A stretch of DNA of 64,000 bases from an uncultured Acidobacteriota bacterium (lineage in GTDB: Bacteria; Acidobacteriota; UBA6911; RPQK01; JAPXNP01), in assembly GCA_963777605.1 (NCBI GenBank), contig CAVZRV010000008.1, positions 1 to 64,000 of the forward strand, in the 5' to 3' direction. Position 1 is the first letter of the stretch. Each line of letters begins with the position of its first letter. The notes beneath the pieces were generated by a model, which was not told the origin of the DNA, made no database searches, and saw only the letters and a program-made list of their open reading frames with translations. The position numbers were made by a program, and so were the translations under genes. Positions 40,328 through 49,709 of the stretch are shown here, in pieces.

Positions 40328-42142
40328 ATGAGTAAAGATCTCAAAACGGCAATCCAGGAAATTTGCCGGCGACACGGGAACGATCGGACCAGACTGATGG
40401 ATGTTGCCCTGGAAGCGCAGCGGCGCTTCGGCTGGTTCTCGAGTGAAACCATCGATCTGGTGGCCGAAGGACTGAACACGAGCCGGGTTGAAGTAGAGAG
40501 CCTGGTTTCGTTCTACGCTTTTTTGACCGAGGAACCGGGCGGTCATGTTGTCATCCGGGTCTGTAACGACATCATCGATGAGATGGCCGGAGCCCGGAAG
40601 GTGGTCGAGGCATTCGAAGAAGAGCTGGGGATTCGGACGGGAGAGACCACTCCCGACGGCCGGATATCGCTGACAGAGACGGCGTGCATCGGGATGTCCG
40701 ACCAGGCTCCCGCAGCGCTGATCAATGACGTCGTCGTGACTCGACTTTCGAGCGACCGGGCCCGGGAGATCGTGGCTGAGCTGAAGGAACACGCCGATCC
40801 GAAGCGACTGGTCAAGAAATTGGGTGATGGCAATAACGCCCGTGACCTGGTTTCGTCCATGGTGGAGAATAACATTCGATTGCGTGGGCCGGTCATCTTC
40901 GCTTCCCATGAACTGGGAGAAGGCCTTGAAAAGGCGCTTGCGATGAGCCCGGCGGAAGTGATCCGGAACGTCAAGACGGCTCGACTCCGAGGCCGGGGCG
41001 GAGCGGGCTTTCCGACGGGCATGAAGTGGGAGTTCACTCGGGCCGCCAAATCTGAGAAGCGGTTCATCGTCTGCAACGCCGACGAGGGGGAACCGGGGAC
41101 CTTCAAGGACCGGGTCATCCTCACCGAGTGCCCCGACCTGCTCTTTGAAGGCATGACAATCGGTGGATACGCGATCGGCGCCCAGGAGGGCATCCTCTAC
41201 CTGAGAGGTGAGTACGCTTACCTGAAGGACTTCCTGGAGGCTGTGCTCCAGGAGCGGCGTAACCGGGGCTTGCTGGGTGAAAAGGTCTGGGGCCGGGAAG
41301 ACTTCAGTTTTGATATCCGGATCCAGATGGGTGCCGGCGCCTACATCTGCGGTGAGGAAACCGCTCTTCTCAACTCCTGCGAAGGGAAGCGGGGTGATCC
41401 TCGGAATCGTCCCCCCTTTCCCGCCCAGAAAGGCTACCTGGGGCACCCGACTTCAGTGAACAACGTCGAGACCTTTTGCTGTGTCTCCCGGATCATCCAG
41501 GAAGGGTCCGCCTGGTTTGCACAACTCGGTTCAAAGGGGAGTTCCGGAACCAAGCTGCTGAGTGTCTCCGGAGACTGCAGGCGGCCCGGAGTCTACGAAG
41601 TTCCTTTCGGGGTCAGCCTTGGCGAAGTTCTCAGGATGGTCGGAGGGGAAGACGCCCAGGCCGTCCAGGTCGGAGGCCCCAGCGGGCAGATGGTCGGCCC
41701 GGACGATTTCAAGCGCAAGATCTGTTATGACGACCTGGCGACAGGTGGTTCGGTGATGGTCTTCTCACGGGAGCGGGACCTGCTGGAAGTGGTCGATTCC
41801 TTCCTGGCCTTTTTCGAAGAGGAATCCTGCGGTTACTGCACACCCTGCCGGGTCGGGAACTCGCTCCTGCGTCAGTGCTTCGAGCGCTTCATCGAGAATC
41901 GGGCTGAGACCGGAGACATCGACTACCTGAAATCTCTGGCCGGCACGGTGAAGAGAGCCAGCCGTTGCGGGCTCGGGCAGACGTCTCCCAATCCGGTGCT
42001 GTCCACCCTGGAGCGGTTTCCCCACCTTTACGAGTCCCGAATCGTGGAACAGGAAGGTTTCCGGACGGGATTCGTTCTGGCGGATGCGGTCACAGAGGCC
42101 GCCGGAATCGCTGGGCGTAGTCCGGTCCACCTGGATCATTGA
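40328..42142 (+). CDS. hoxF: NAD-reducing hydrogenase diaphorase large subunit (NuoE-NuoF-like)
   Basis: LRGRGGAGFPTG, CNADEGEPGTFKDR, GAYICGEETAL and ESCGYCTPCR. Confidence 0.93.
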   Translation: MSKDLKTAIQEICRRHGNDRTRLMDVALEAQRRFGWFSSETIDLVAEGLNTSRVEVESLVSFYAFLTEEPGGHVVIRVCNDIIDEMAGARKVVEAFEEELGIRTGETTPDGRISLTETACIGMSDQAPAALINDVVVTRLSSDRAREIVAELKEHADPKRLVKKLGDGNNARDLVSSMVENNIRLRGPVIFASHELGEGLEKALAMSPAEVIRNVKTARLRGRGGAGFPTGMKWEFTRAAKSEKRFIVCNADEGEPGTFKDRVILTECPDLLFEGMTIGGYAIGAQEGILYLRGEYAYLKDFLEAVLQERRNRGLLGEKVWGREDFSFDIRIQMGAGAYICGEETALLNSCEGKRGDPRNRPPFPAQKGYLGHPTSVNNVETFCCVSRIIQEGSAWFAQLGSKGSSGTKLLSVSGDCRRPGVYEVPFGVSLGEVLRMVGGEDAQAVQVGGPSGQMVGPDDFKRKICYDDLATGGSVMVFSRERDLLEVVDSFLAFFEEESCGYCTPCRVGNSLLRQCFERFIENRAETGDIDYLKSLAGTVKRASRCGLGQTSPNPVLSTLERFPHLYESRIVEQEGFRTGFVLADAVTEAAGIAGRSPVHLDH

Positions 42143-42154
42143 GGAGAGTAGAAC

Positions 42155-42871
42155 GTGAGCAATACGGTGACGTTTATTTTGGACGGGGAGGTCGTTGAGG
42201 CGACGGCCGGCCAGACCATTCTGGAGGCTGCCGAGGCTGCGGGCAAGTATATCCCGAGGCTCTGCGCTCACCCCGAATTGACTCCTCACGGCAGTTGCCG
42301 GGTCTGTACTGTTCTTGTGAATGGTCGCCCCCAGGCTTCGTGCACGCAGCCGGTGGCCGACGGGATCATGGTGGAGAGCGAGTCGGCGGCCGTCCGTCAG
42401 TTGCGCATCGACATCATTGAGATGCTTTTCGTCGAAGGCAACCACTACTGCATGTTCTGCGAGAAGAGCGGAAATTGTGAGCTTCAGGCTCTGGCCTACC
42501 GTTTTGGGATCACGGCCCCCAAGTACCCCTACCAGTTTCCCAAAAGAGCACTCGATGCCGGACATCCCGGTGTCTTCCTGGATCGCAACCGCTGCATTTT
42601 GTGCGGACGCTGCGTCCGGGCGTCCGGTGAACTGGACGGCAAGAACGTGTTTCAGTTCGCGGGACGGGGTAAGGAGAAGCGCATCGCGGTCAATTCTTCA
42701 GCCGGGCTGAAGGGGACGGATCTCGAAGCGATTGATCGTGCGGTGGATGTTTGCCCGGTCGGCGCAATCCTGAAAAAGCACCAGGGTTACCGGATTCCGA
42801 TCGGTGACAGGCTTTATGACCTGGAACCGATCGGCTCGAAGATTGAGGCCTCTGGTTCCGAGAGAGGTTAG
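42155..42871 (+). CDS. hoxU: Diaphorase Fe-S subunit
   Basis: IPRLC..GSCRVC, HYCMFCEKSGNCELQ and CILCGRC..CPVGA. Confidence 0.93.
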   Translation: MSNTVTFILDGEVVEATAGQTILEAAEAAGKYIPRLCAHPELTPHGSCRVCTVLVNGRPQASCTQPVADGIMVESESAAVRQLRIDIIEMLFVEGNHYCMFCEKSGNCELQALAYRFGITAPKYPYQFPKRALDAGHPGVFLDRNRCILCGRCVRASGELDGKNVFQFAGRGKEKRIAVNSSAGLKGTDLEAIDRAVDVCPVGAILKKHQGYRIPIGDRLYDLEPIGSKIEASGSERG

Positions 42872-42881
42872 AGGAGGACTG

Positions 42882-43427
42882 ATGGCCAAGAGCAAAATCG
42901 CAACAACTTCATTGGCAGGTTGCTTCGGTTGTCACATGTCGCTCCTCGACATCGACGAGCGAATCTTTGATCTGGTGGAGCTCGTGGAATTCGGGAAGTC
43001 GCCCATCAACGACATCAAGAAGTTTGACGGCCGCTGCCTTGTCGGACTGATCGAGGGCGGCTGCTGCAACTCGGAAAACGTCGAAGTGCTGAAGGACTTC
43101 CGGCGCCACTGCGACATACTCATTTCCGTGGGCGATTGCGCAATCATGGGAGGCATCCCGGCGATGCGGAACCAGGTGCCCCTCGACGAGTGCCTCGCCG
43201 AGGCCTACCTGGACGGGCCGACGGTTTACAACCCCTCGGGGAAGGTGCCGAACGACCCGGAAATACCACTGCTTCTCAACCAGGTCTTCCCCTGCCACGA
43301 GGTGGTGAAAATCGACTATTTCATCCCCGGATGTCCTCCTCCGGCCGACACTCTGTGGGAAGCACTGACGGCCCTGCTCAACAACAAGCCGCTTGAGCTG
43401 CCGTATGCGCTGATCAAGTACGACTGA
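42882..43427 (+). CDS. hoxY: [NiFe]-hydrogenase small subunit (group 3d)
   Basis: LAGCFGCHMS, GDCAIMGG and IPGCPP. Confidence 0.93.
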   Translation: MAKSKIATTSLAGCFGCHMSLLDIDERIFDLVELVEFGKSPINDIKKFDGRCLVGLIEGGCCNSENVEVLKDFRRHCDILISVGDCAIMGGIPAMRNQVPLDECLAEAYLDGPTVYNPSGKVPNDPEIPLLLNQVFPCHEVVKIDYFIPGCPPPADTLWEALTALLNNKPLELPYALIKYD

Positions 43428-43441
43428 GACGGGAGCGTGAT

Positions 43442-44881
43442 ATGACGTCTTCAACACGCAGGATTGTCATTGAACCTGTGACCCGTGTCGAAGGACATGG
43501 GAAAGTAACGATTTTGATGGACGAGGAGAACCGCGTTAAACAGGCGCGTTTGCACATCGTCGAGTTTCGGGGTTTCGAACGTTTTATACAGGGCCGTCCC
43601 TACTGGGAGGTCCCCGTTATCGTCCAGAGGCTGTGCGGGATCTGCCCAGTCAGCCACCATCTCGCTGCTGCCAAGGCGATGGATCGCATCGTTGGCGGAG
43701 AAAACCTGACGCCGACCGCTCTGAAGATGCGGTTGCTCATGCACCATGGTCAGTTTCTCCAGTCCCACGCGCTTCACTTCTTTCACCTGTCTTCTCCCGA
43801 CCTCCTCTTCGGTTTTGACGCCGAAGTGGGACAGCGAAACGTTATCGCCGTGGCCGGCAAGTACCCGGAACTGGCAAGACAGGGTGTGTTGTTGCGCCAG
43901 TTCGGCCAGGAGATCATTCAGGCCACCGCCGGGAAGAAGATCCATGGCACCGGCGCAATTCCGGGGGGGATCAACAAAAACCTGTCGATTGCAGAGCGAG
44001 ACCGATTCCTGGCCCGGATGGACCAGATTCTCGACTGGTCGCGGGGAGCCTTGAACCTGGCCCGTGATTTCACTCTCGAGCACATCGAAACGCTCGCCCC
44101 GTTCGGCTCCTTCCCCTCCAACCACGTCTCCATCGTTCGGCCGGACGGTGCCTACGACATCTACAACGGCGGGTTGCGCGCAACCGACGCGTTGGGAACC
44201 CGTATCTTCGACCATGTGGACAACCAGAAGTACAACAAGTACATCGCCGAAGAAGTGCGTTCCTGGTCGTACATGAAGTTCCCGTTTATCCGGTCGCTGG
44301 GACCGGAGCTCGGGTGGTATCGGGTCGGCCCGCTGCCTCGCGTCAACAATTGCGATTACTTCGACACGCCCGAAGCCGAATCCGCCCGCGAAGTCTTCAA
44401 GTCAACGGCCGACGGGAAGCCGAGTAACGTCACGATGGCCTATCACTGGGCCCGGATGATCGAGATGCTTCACTCAGCCGAGATGATCAATCGTCTCCTC
44501 AACGACGGCGACTTGCAGGGAGACGACCTGGTCGTGTCCGGAAGCCGACGGGAAGAGGCGGTGGGTATCATCGAGGCGCCACGAGGGACCCTGTTCCATC
44601 ACTACCGGGTGAATGCCGACGACCAGGTCGTACAGGCAAACCTGATCGTCTCCACAACCAACAACAACGAGCCCATGAACCGTGCCGTCCAACGGGTCGC
44701 GGAGGATCATCTTTCTGGAAAGCCCGAGATCACTGAAGGTCTCCTGAATCATATCGAAGTCGCGATTCGGGCCTATGATCCCTGCCTCTCCTGTGCCACT
44801 CACGCCATGGGCCAGATGCCCCTGGCGATAGAATTGCGGTCGCCGGAGGGGGGTCTTCTCGACAGGAAGGTTCGGGGATGA
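43442..44881 (+). CDS. hoxH: [NiFe]-hydrogenase large subunit (group 3d)
   Basis: TRVEGHG, RLCGICPVSH (L1), DPCLSCATH (L2) and a cleavable C-terminal tail. Confidence 0.95.
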   Translation: MTSSTRRIVIEPVTRVEGHGKVTILMDEENRVKQARLHIVEFRGFERFIQGRPYWEVPVIVQRLCGICPVSHHLAAAKAMDRIVGGENLTPTALKMRLLMHHGQFLQSHALHFFHLSSPDLLFGFDAEVGQRNVIAVAGKYPELARQGVLLRQFGQEIIQATAGKKIHGTGAIPGGINKNLSIAERDRFLARMDQILDWSRGALNLARDFTLEHIETLAPFGSFPSNHVSIVRPDGAYDIYNGGLRATDALGTRIFDHVDNQKYNKYIAEEVRSWSYMKFPFIRSLGPELGWYRVGPLPRVNNCDYFDTPEAESAREVFKSTADGKPSNVTMAYHWARMIEMLHSAEMINRLLNDGDLQGDDLVVSGSRREEAVGIIEAPRGTLFHHYRVNADDQVVQANLIVSTTNNNEPMNRAVQRVAEDHLSGKPEITEGLLNHIEVAIRAYDPCLSCATHAMGQMPLAIELRSPEGGLLDRKVRG

Positions 44882-45381
44882 GAACGACACCCCAAGGAGT
44901 GCTGGTACTCTGCTACGGTAATCCGAGCCGTCTCGATGACGCCATTGGGGCCGTTTTCGCCCGGGCCCTCGAACAGTCGGTACCCGACGGCGTCACTGTC
45001 GAAACCGATTACCAGCTTTCCGTCGAACACGCTTTGAAGATCGCAGATCACGAGATCGTGATTTTTGTTGATGCGGCCGTAAGCGGCCCCGAACCGTTCG
45101 CCTTCCGGCGGGTACACCCCAAGTTTGGGGCATCCTTCACGACTCACAGCATTGAACCCGAGAGCCTGATGGGGCTGGCCCGGGAGCTGTTCGACGCCAA
45201 AGCACAGGGGTACACTCTGGGCATCCGTGGATACGAGTTCGACGATTTCGGTGAATCCCTTTCACCCAGTGCTCGAGCCAATCTGGACGCCGCCGTCGGC
45301 TTCGTGCTCGAACTCCTGGGAAGTCGCAGGTTTGAAGAGTCCGCAAGGGTATTCGACAGCCCTCCGACTCATCCCTGCTGA
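44878..45381 (+). CDS. hoxW: Hydrogenase maturation protease
   Basis: YGNPSRLDDAIG, VIFVDAA and FTTHS. ATGA-coupled to hoxH. Confidence 0.88.
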   Translation: MRTTPQGVLVLCYGNPSRLDDAIGAVFARALEQSVPDGVTVETDYQLSVEHALKIADHEIVIFVDAAVSGPEPFAFRRVHPKFGASFTTHSIEPESLMGLARELFDAKAQGYTLGIRGYEFDDFGESLSPSARANLDAAVGFVLELLGSRRFEESARVFDSPPTHPC

Positions 45382-45394
45382 TACGGAGTGCAAT

Positions 45395-45772
45395 ATGCGA
45401 AACGGCCAACACGTGATTCTCTGCATTGACGATGATCCGGATATCCTGGAGTCACTCCGGGTGGTTCTGGAGGCAAACGGGTACGCCGTGGAGACGGCGC
45501 CGAGTGCGGAATCGGGTCTTCAAAAATACCACGAGACGTCGCCGGACCTGATCATCGTGGACCTGATGATGGAGGAAATCGACGCCGGAACCAATTTCGT
45601 CACGGAGTTGAAAGCACTGGGCAATCAAGCTCCTATTTACATGCTCAGCTCGACCGGAGACAATCTTTACGGCACAGTCAGTTACAGCGATCTGGGATTG
45701 ACCGGAGTCTTCCAGAAACCTCTAAATCCCGAAGTTCTGCTCGCGCTGCTGAAAGCCAAGCTGAAAGACTAG
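45395..45772 (+). CDS. Single-domain response regulator (REC)
   Basis: ILCIDDD, PDLIIVDLMM, MLSS and QKP. No output domain. Confidence 0.9.
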   Translation: MRNGQHVILCIDDDPDILESLRVVLEANGYAVETAPSAESGLQKYHETSPDLIIVDLMMEEIDAGTNFVTELKALGNQAPIYMLSSTGDNLYGTVSYSDLGLTGVFQKPLNPEVLLALLKAKLKD

Positions 45773-45811
45773 ATTCAGACGACTGGTTTCTGACTGGAAA
45801 CGGGAAGCTCC

Positions 45812-47734
45812 ATGATCTCACGAGGAGGAACTCCCGTTCTGATTCCTTTGGAACGGGAGCTACAGGAACGGCTCGCGTGGTTCATCGGAATGCGATGGGT
45901 AGCGGCCGCGGGTATCCTCGCAGGGACCTGGATCGCGCATGCCCTCCTTGTGCCCGACCTGCCGACCGTTCCCCTTTACGCCACCGCCTTGGTCGTCCTC
46001 TTTTACAACCTGGTCTTCCTGAAGTTCCGATCCGGAATCGAGAACGACCAGGCGGCACTGAAACGGTTCGTCTACGAGCAGATCCTCCTCGACTGGATCG
46101 CCCTCGCCATCATTGTTCATCTGTCGGGGGGCATCCGGAGCCCGGTTACACTTGCCTTCACTTTTCACCTGATCATTGGGGCCATTTTGCTGTCCCCTCG
46201 ATCGTGCTACTACCTGACTGTTGCCGCCAGTCTTCTCCTGGTCGTCCTGACCCTGCTGGAGGGCGGCAGCCTGGCGGTATCTTCCTCGCTCCAGAAAATT
46301 TACGCTGATTCTGCTGACCCGTTCTTGAGCGGATTCTGGCGATGGTTCATCCTCACAGTCTTCTTCCTCGTTGTCACTTACCTCGCGACCTCCATTACGG
46401 CGAAGCTGCGGGAAAAAGAAAATGCCCTTTTCGCTTCCCAACAGGCGCTGGATCGCGCCTACCACGAGATGGAGGCCCTTCACGAACTGGGGAAGGTCGT
46501 CAATTCGACGCTCAACATCGAGGAAGTACTGGTGCTCATCGCCGAGCATGCCGCCAAGCTCCTCAACATGAGAGCGTGTTTCATCCGTCTCTTCGACAAG
46601 ACCGGGACGCGCCTCTACATCGGCGGAGCCTACGGTCTCAGCGAGGCCTATCTCAACAAGGGCCCGGTTGAAGTAGCGAAAAGCCTGATCGACCTGGAGG
46701 CACTTCGGGGCGGGGCGATCCAGGTGCTCGAGGTAGCCGAAGACCTCCGATTCCAATACCGCGAGGAGGCACGAAAGGAAGGCCTGCGTTCGATGCTCTC
46801 GGTTCCCGTCGAGGCGAAGAGCCGCGTGCTTGGAGTGATTCGAGTCTACTCGGGTGAACCTCACGTGTTCAGTGAGTTGGAACAGCGGTTCCTCCGCAAC
46901 CTGGCCAACCTCGGAGCGGTCGCGATTGAGAATGCCCGTTCCTACGCCGAGCTCAAGAACCTCAACGACGAAAAAGTCTGGTTCGCCCGCATGACTCACC
47001 ACCAGCTTCGCAGCCCGCTGGCGGCGATCCACGGGACTCTCGACGCTCTCCCCTACGCCGGCCCCTTGACCCCCAAGCAGCAGGAACTGGTGGACCGGTC
47101 GAAACGTCGAATTCAGGATGCCTTCGACATCATTGGGGACTTTCTCGACCTGGCGGCGGCCCAGCGCCCCCGGGAAATCAAGGCAATCGAGCCGGTTGAG
47201 CTCAATGAGGCCCTCCAGCGTGCGGTGGAATCTGCCCGCGAGATGGCTCAGGGCAAGGGGGTCGAGTTTTCCAGCAAAATCGAGTCCGGCCTGGAGATTC
47301 GCGTGGAGACAGCGGACCTGGACCGGATCTTCTCGAATCTGCTCGAGAACGCGGTCAAGTACACTCCGGCCGGGGGCCATGTCGGGATCGTTGCCGAGCC
47401 TTTCCGGGAAGGCTTCATCCGGGTGGAAGTCTCCGACACCGGGATTGGAATCCCGAAGGACCAGCAGAAGCGGGTCTTCGAAGGCTTCTATCGCACTCGT
47501 GAAGCCAAGGCTACCGGTGCCGTCGGTACCGGACTGGGGCTGTCGATCGTTCAGACGCTGGCAGAGCGGATCGGAGCCCGCCTTGAACTGGAGAGCGAGC
47601 CCGGCAAGGGAACCCGGTTCAGGGTCTTCGTCCCCACCTCTACTTCGACCGTTCCGAAGCGGGCGGAAGGATGCCCGCCACCAGATGGGAGGGGAACTCG
47701 GATGAACGGTAAATCCTCTGCCGCGCAGGAATGA
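45812..47734 (+). CDS. Membrane-bound GAF-domain sensor histidine kinase
   Basis: Multi-TM N-terminus, GAF domain, HQLRSPL (H-box), NLLENAVKY, DTGIGI and GTGLGL. Confidence 0.92.
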   Translation: MISRGGTPVLIPLERELQERLAWFIGMRWVAAAGILAGTWIAHALLVPDLPTVPLYATALVVLFYNLVFLKFRSGIENDQAALKRFVYEQILLDWIALAIIVHLSGGIRSPVTLAFTFHLIIGAILLSPRSCYYLTVAASLLLVVLTLLEGGSLAVSSSLQKIYADSADPFLSGFWRWFILTVFFLVVTYLATSITAKLREKENALFASQQALDRAYHEMEALHELGKVVNSTLNIEEVLVLIAEHAAKLLNMRACFIRLFDKTGTRLYIGGAYGLSEAYLNKGPVEVAKSLIDLEALRGGAIQVLEVAEDLRFQYREEARKEGLRSMLSVPVEAKSRVLGVIRVYSGEPHVFSELEQRFLRNLANLGAVAIENARSYAELKNLNDEKVWFARMTHHQLRSPLAAIHGTLDALPYAGPLTPKQQELVDRSKRRIQDAFDIIGDFLDLAAAQRPREIKAIEPVELNEALQRAVESAREMAQGKGVEFSSKIESGLEIRVETADLDRIFSNLLENAVKYTPAGGHVGIVAEPFREGFIRVEVSDTGIGIPKDQQKRVFEGFYRTREAKATGAVGTGLGLSIVQTLAERIGARLELESEPGKGTRFRVFVPTSTSTVPKRAEGCPPPDGRGTRMNGKSSAAQE

Positions 47735-49553
47735 AGTCCCCGTTTGACGCCTTGTAAATGTTGTCGACGTAGCTTTGCGGGTTGATGTCTACCAGGGGGA
47801 ACCAGGTGCTCTGGACCTGGACCATGAGGCGGTGCCCCTTCCGGAACGTGTGCAGGACATCGAGCAGTTCGAGTTGAAGGTGGGCCGGTTGATCGGGCGT
47901 AAATGGTTCGGGACTGGAGGGGCTCTTCCGAAACCGACCGCGGAGAACTTCGCTTCGAACCATCATCTGGAAGTTCCCCAGGTGAGTATCACTGGCCATC
48001 TTTGGGAAGTCCTCGGAATCCTCGGGGAAAACGTCGATCAGCTTGACGACCCAGTCGGAGGCGGTCCCGGAAGTGGAGACCCAGAGATCGGCCGTCATGG
48101 GCCCGGCCAGGGTGAGGTCTGCTTCGAGAGGCTGGGTCTGGTAGGTGAGGACGTCGGGGCGTCGAGCGGCAAACCGCTGGTCGTCGGTCATGTATTCCGT
48201 GGTCATGTAAGGTGAGATGGCCTCGGTGAAGGGGACCGGCTTGGCTGGGTCACTGACGTACTCGTCGTACGTCCACCCGTCTGCGACCGGGGCTTTCTCT
48301 GAGAGAGAACCCTCGGGTCCCAGGTAGATCGAGCGCTGCGACACGGTCGAAGGCGGCCAGTGATCGAAAGTCCTCCAACGGTTGGTCCCCGTTTCGAACA
48401 TGGAGGCTTCCGGCAGGGCGGGGCCCTCCCCTCCTTTCAGAAAGTACTTGAAGAACGGCAGTTCGATCTTTTCCCTGAAGTAGACCGAGGTCTGCGACCC
48501 GAAATCGACATTGCCGAGTCTCTCTCCGTCCTGCCTCGCCCATGCTCCGTGAGACCACGGGCCCATGACGATGACGTTGAAAACCGAGGGGTTCTTGCCC
48601 TCGACACTCCGATAGATCTTCAATGAGCCGTAGAGATCTTCGGCATCGAACCATCCTCCAACGATCATTACCGCCGGGGCTACGTGCTTCAGGTGCGGAA
48701 GAAGGTTCCGGGCCTGCCAGAATTCATCGTAGTTTGGGTGCTCCGTCATATCGGTCCAAATCGGGACGCGGCCGCCCAGGTAGTCGGGTTTCTGGGCATT
48801 TTTGAGCGGTCCCATCGCTTTGAAGAACTCGTAACCGTCAGGAGTTCCGAAGTCGAACCGGGGGTTGGAGTCCTTGGTCAGGCCCTCTCGAGGAATCCCG
48901 AACGAGGAGAGGAACCCGAATGCGTGGGCCAGGAAGAACGCCCCGTGATGGTGAAAATCATCGTAGAACCAGTCGGCGATTGGTGCCTGGGGCGAGACTG
49001 CGGCCAGCGCCGGGTGGGCGTTGATCATGCCGGCGGCAGCGTAGAACCCGGGATAACTGATCCCCCACATCCCCACCTTCCCGTTATGGTGCCGAAGATG
49101 CTTGACCAGCCACTCAATCGTGTCGCGGGTGTCGGTGCTTTCGTCAACCGCGGTTGCAGGTACCGGCTGCTTGAGTTGAGGCCGCATGTCCACGAACTGT
49201 CCTTCGGACATGTAAGCTCCCCGGACATCCTGCAGAACGAAGATGAATTTCTCGAAGTCGAACAGGGGGTTCGGTCCCAACACGTTCGGGTAGTGTGACT
49301 CACCGTAAGGGCCAACCCCATACGGAGTTCGCTTGAGGAGGATGGGATAGTCCTGGCGCCGGTCGCGCGGAGTGTAAATGGCGGTAAAGAGCTGGACGCC
49401 ATCCCGCATCGTGATGCGGACTTCCCGCTTTTCGTAGTTTTCCCTGAGGAATTCTTCTCCGAAGCTGCGCGCCAGGCAATTGCCCGCACTCAGGACCAGA
49501 ATCCAGAAAACCGTCCCGACGACCCATCGCTTGCCCATTACCCGTCCCTTCAT
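47640..49553 (-). CDS. CocE/NonD family hydrolase (alpha-amino acid ester hydrolase-like)
   Basis: MRDGVQL, RTPYG, QDVRG, GISYPG (nucleophile), GWFDAED and GPWSHG. Confidence 0.93.
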   Translation of the reverse strand: MKGRVMGKRWVVGTVFWILVLSAGNCLARSFGEEFLRENYEKREVRITMRDGVQLFTAIYTPRDRRQDYPILLKRTPYGVGPYGESHYPNVLGPNPLFDFEKFIFVLQDVRGAYMSEGQFVDMRPQLKQPVPATAVDESTDTRDTIEWLVKHLRHHNGKVGMWGISYPGFYAAAGMINAHPALAAVSPQAPIADWFYDDFHHHGAFFLAHAFGFLSSFGIPREGLTKDSNPRFDFGTPDGYEFFKAMGPLKNAQKPDYLGGRVPIWTDMTEHPNYDEFWQARNLLPHLKHVAPAVMIVGGWFDAEDLYGSLKIYRSVEGKNPSVFNVIVMGPWSHGAWARQDGERLGNVDFGSQTSVYFREKIELPFFKYFLKGGEGPALPEASMFETGTNRWRTFDHWPPSTVSQRSIYLGPEGSLSEKAPVADGWTYDEYVSDPAKPVPFTEAISPYMTTEYMTDDQRFAARRPDVLTYQTQPLEADLTLAGPMTADLWVSTSGTASDWVVKLIDVFPEDSEDFPKMASDTHLGNFQMMVRSEVLRGRFRKSPSSPEPFTPDQPAHLQLELLDVLHTFRKGHRLMVQVQSTWFPLVDINPQSYVDNIYKASNGDFIPARQRIYRSSEFPSHLVAGILPPASERSK

Positions 49554-49709
49554 TGCATTGAAGTCCCCAAGGATAAAGCATTGAGGCGCAACGATCTACC
49601 CGGACGCCAGGGATCAGCGACTGGTTGGGACGGTCTGGCCGGTGAGACTTCCTCAGAGGAGCCATGCCACGGCGAATCTGCGTAGCAGGATCCGAGCCTC
49701 AGGGACTCC

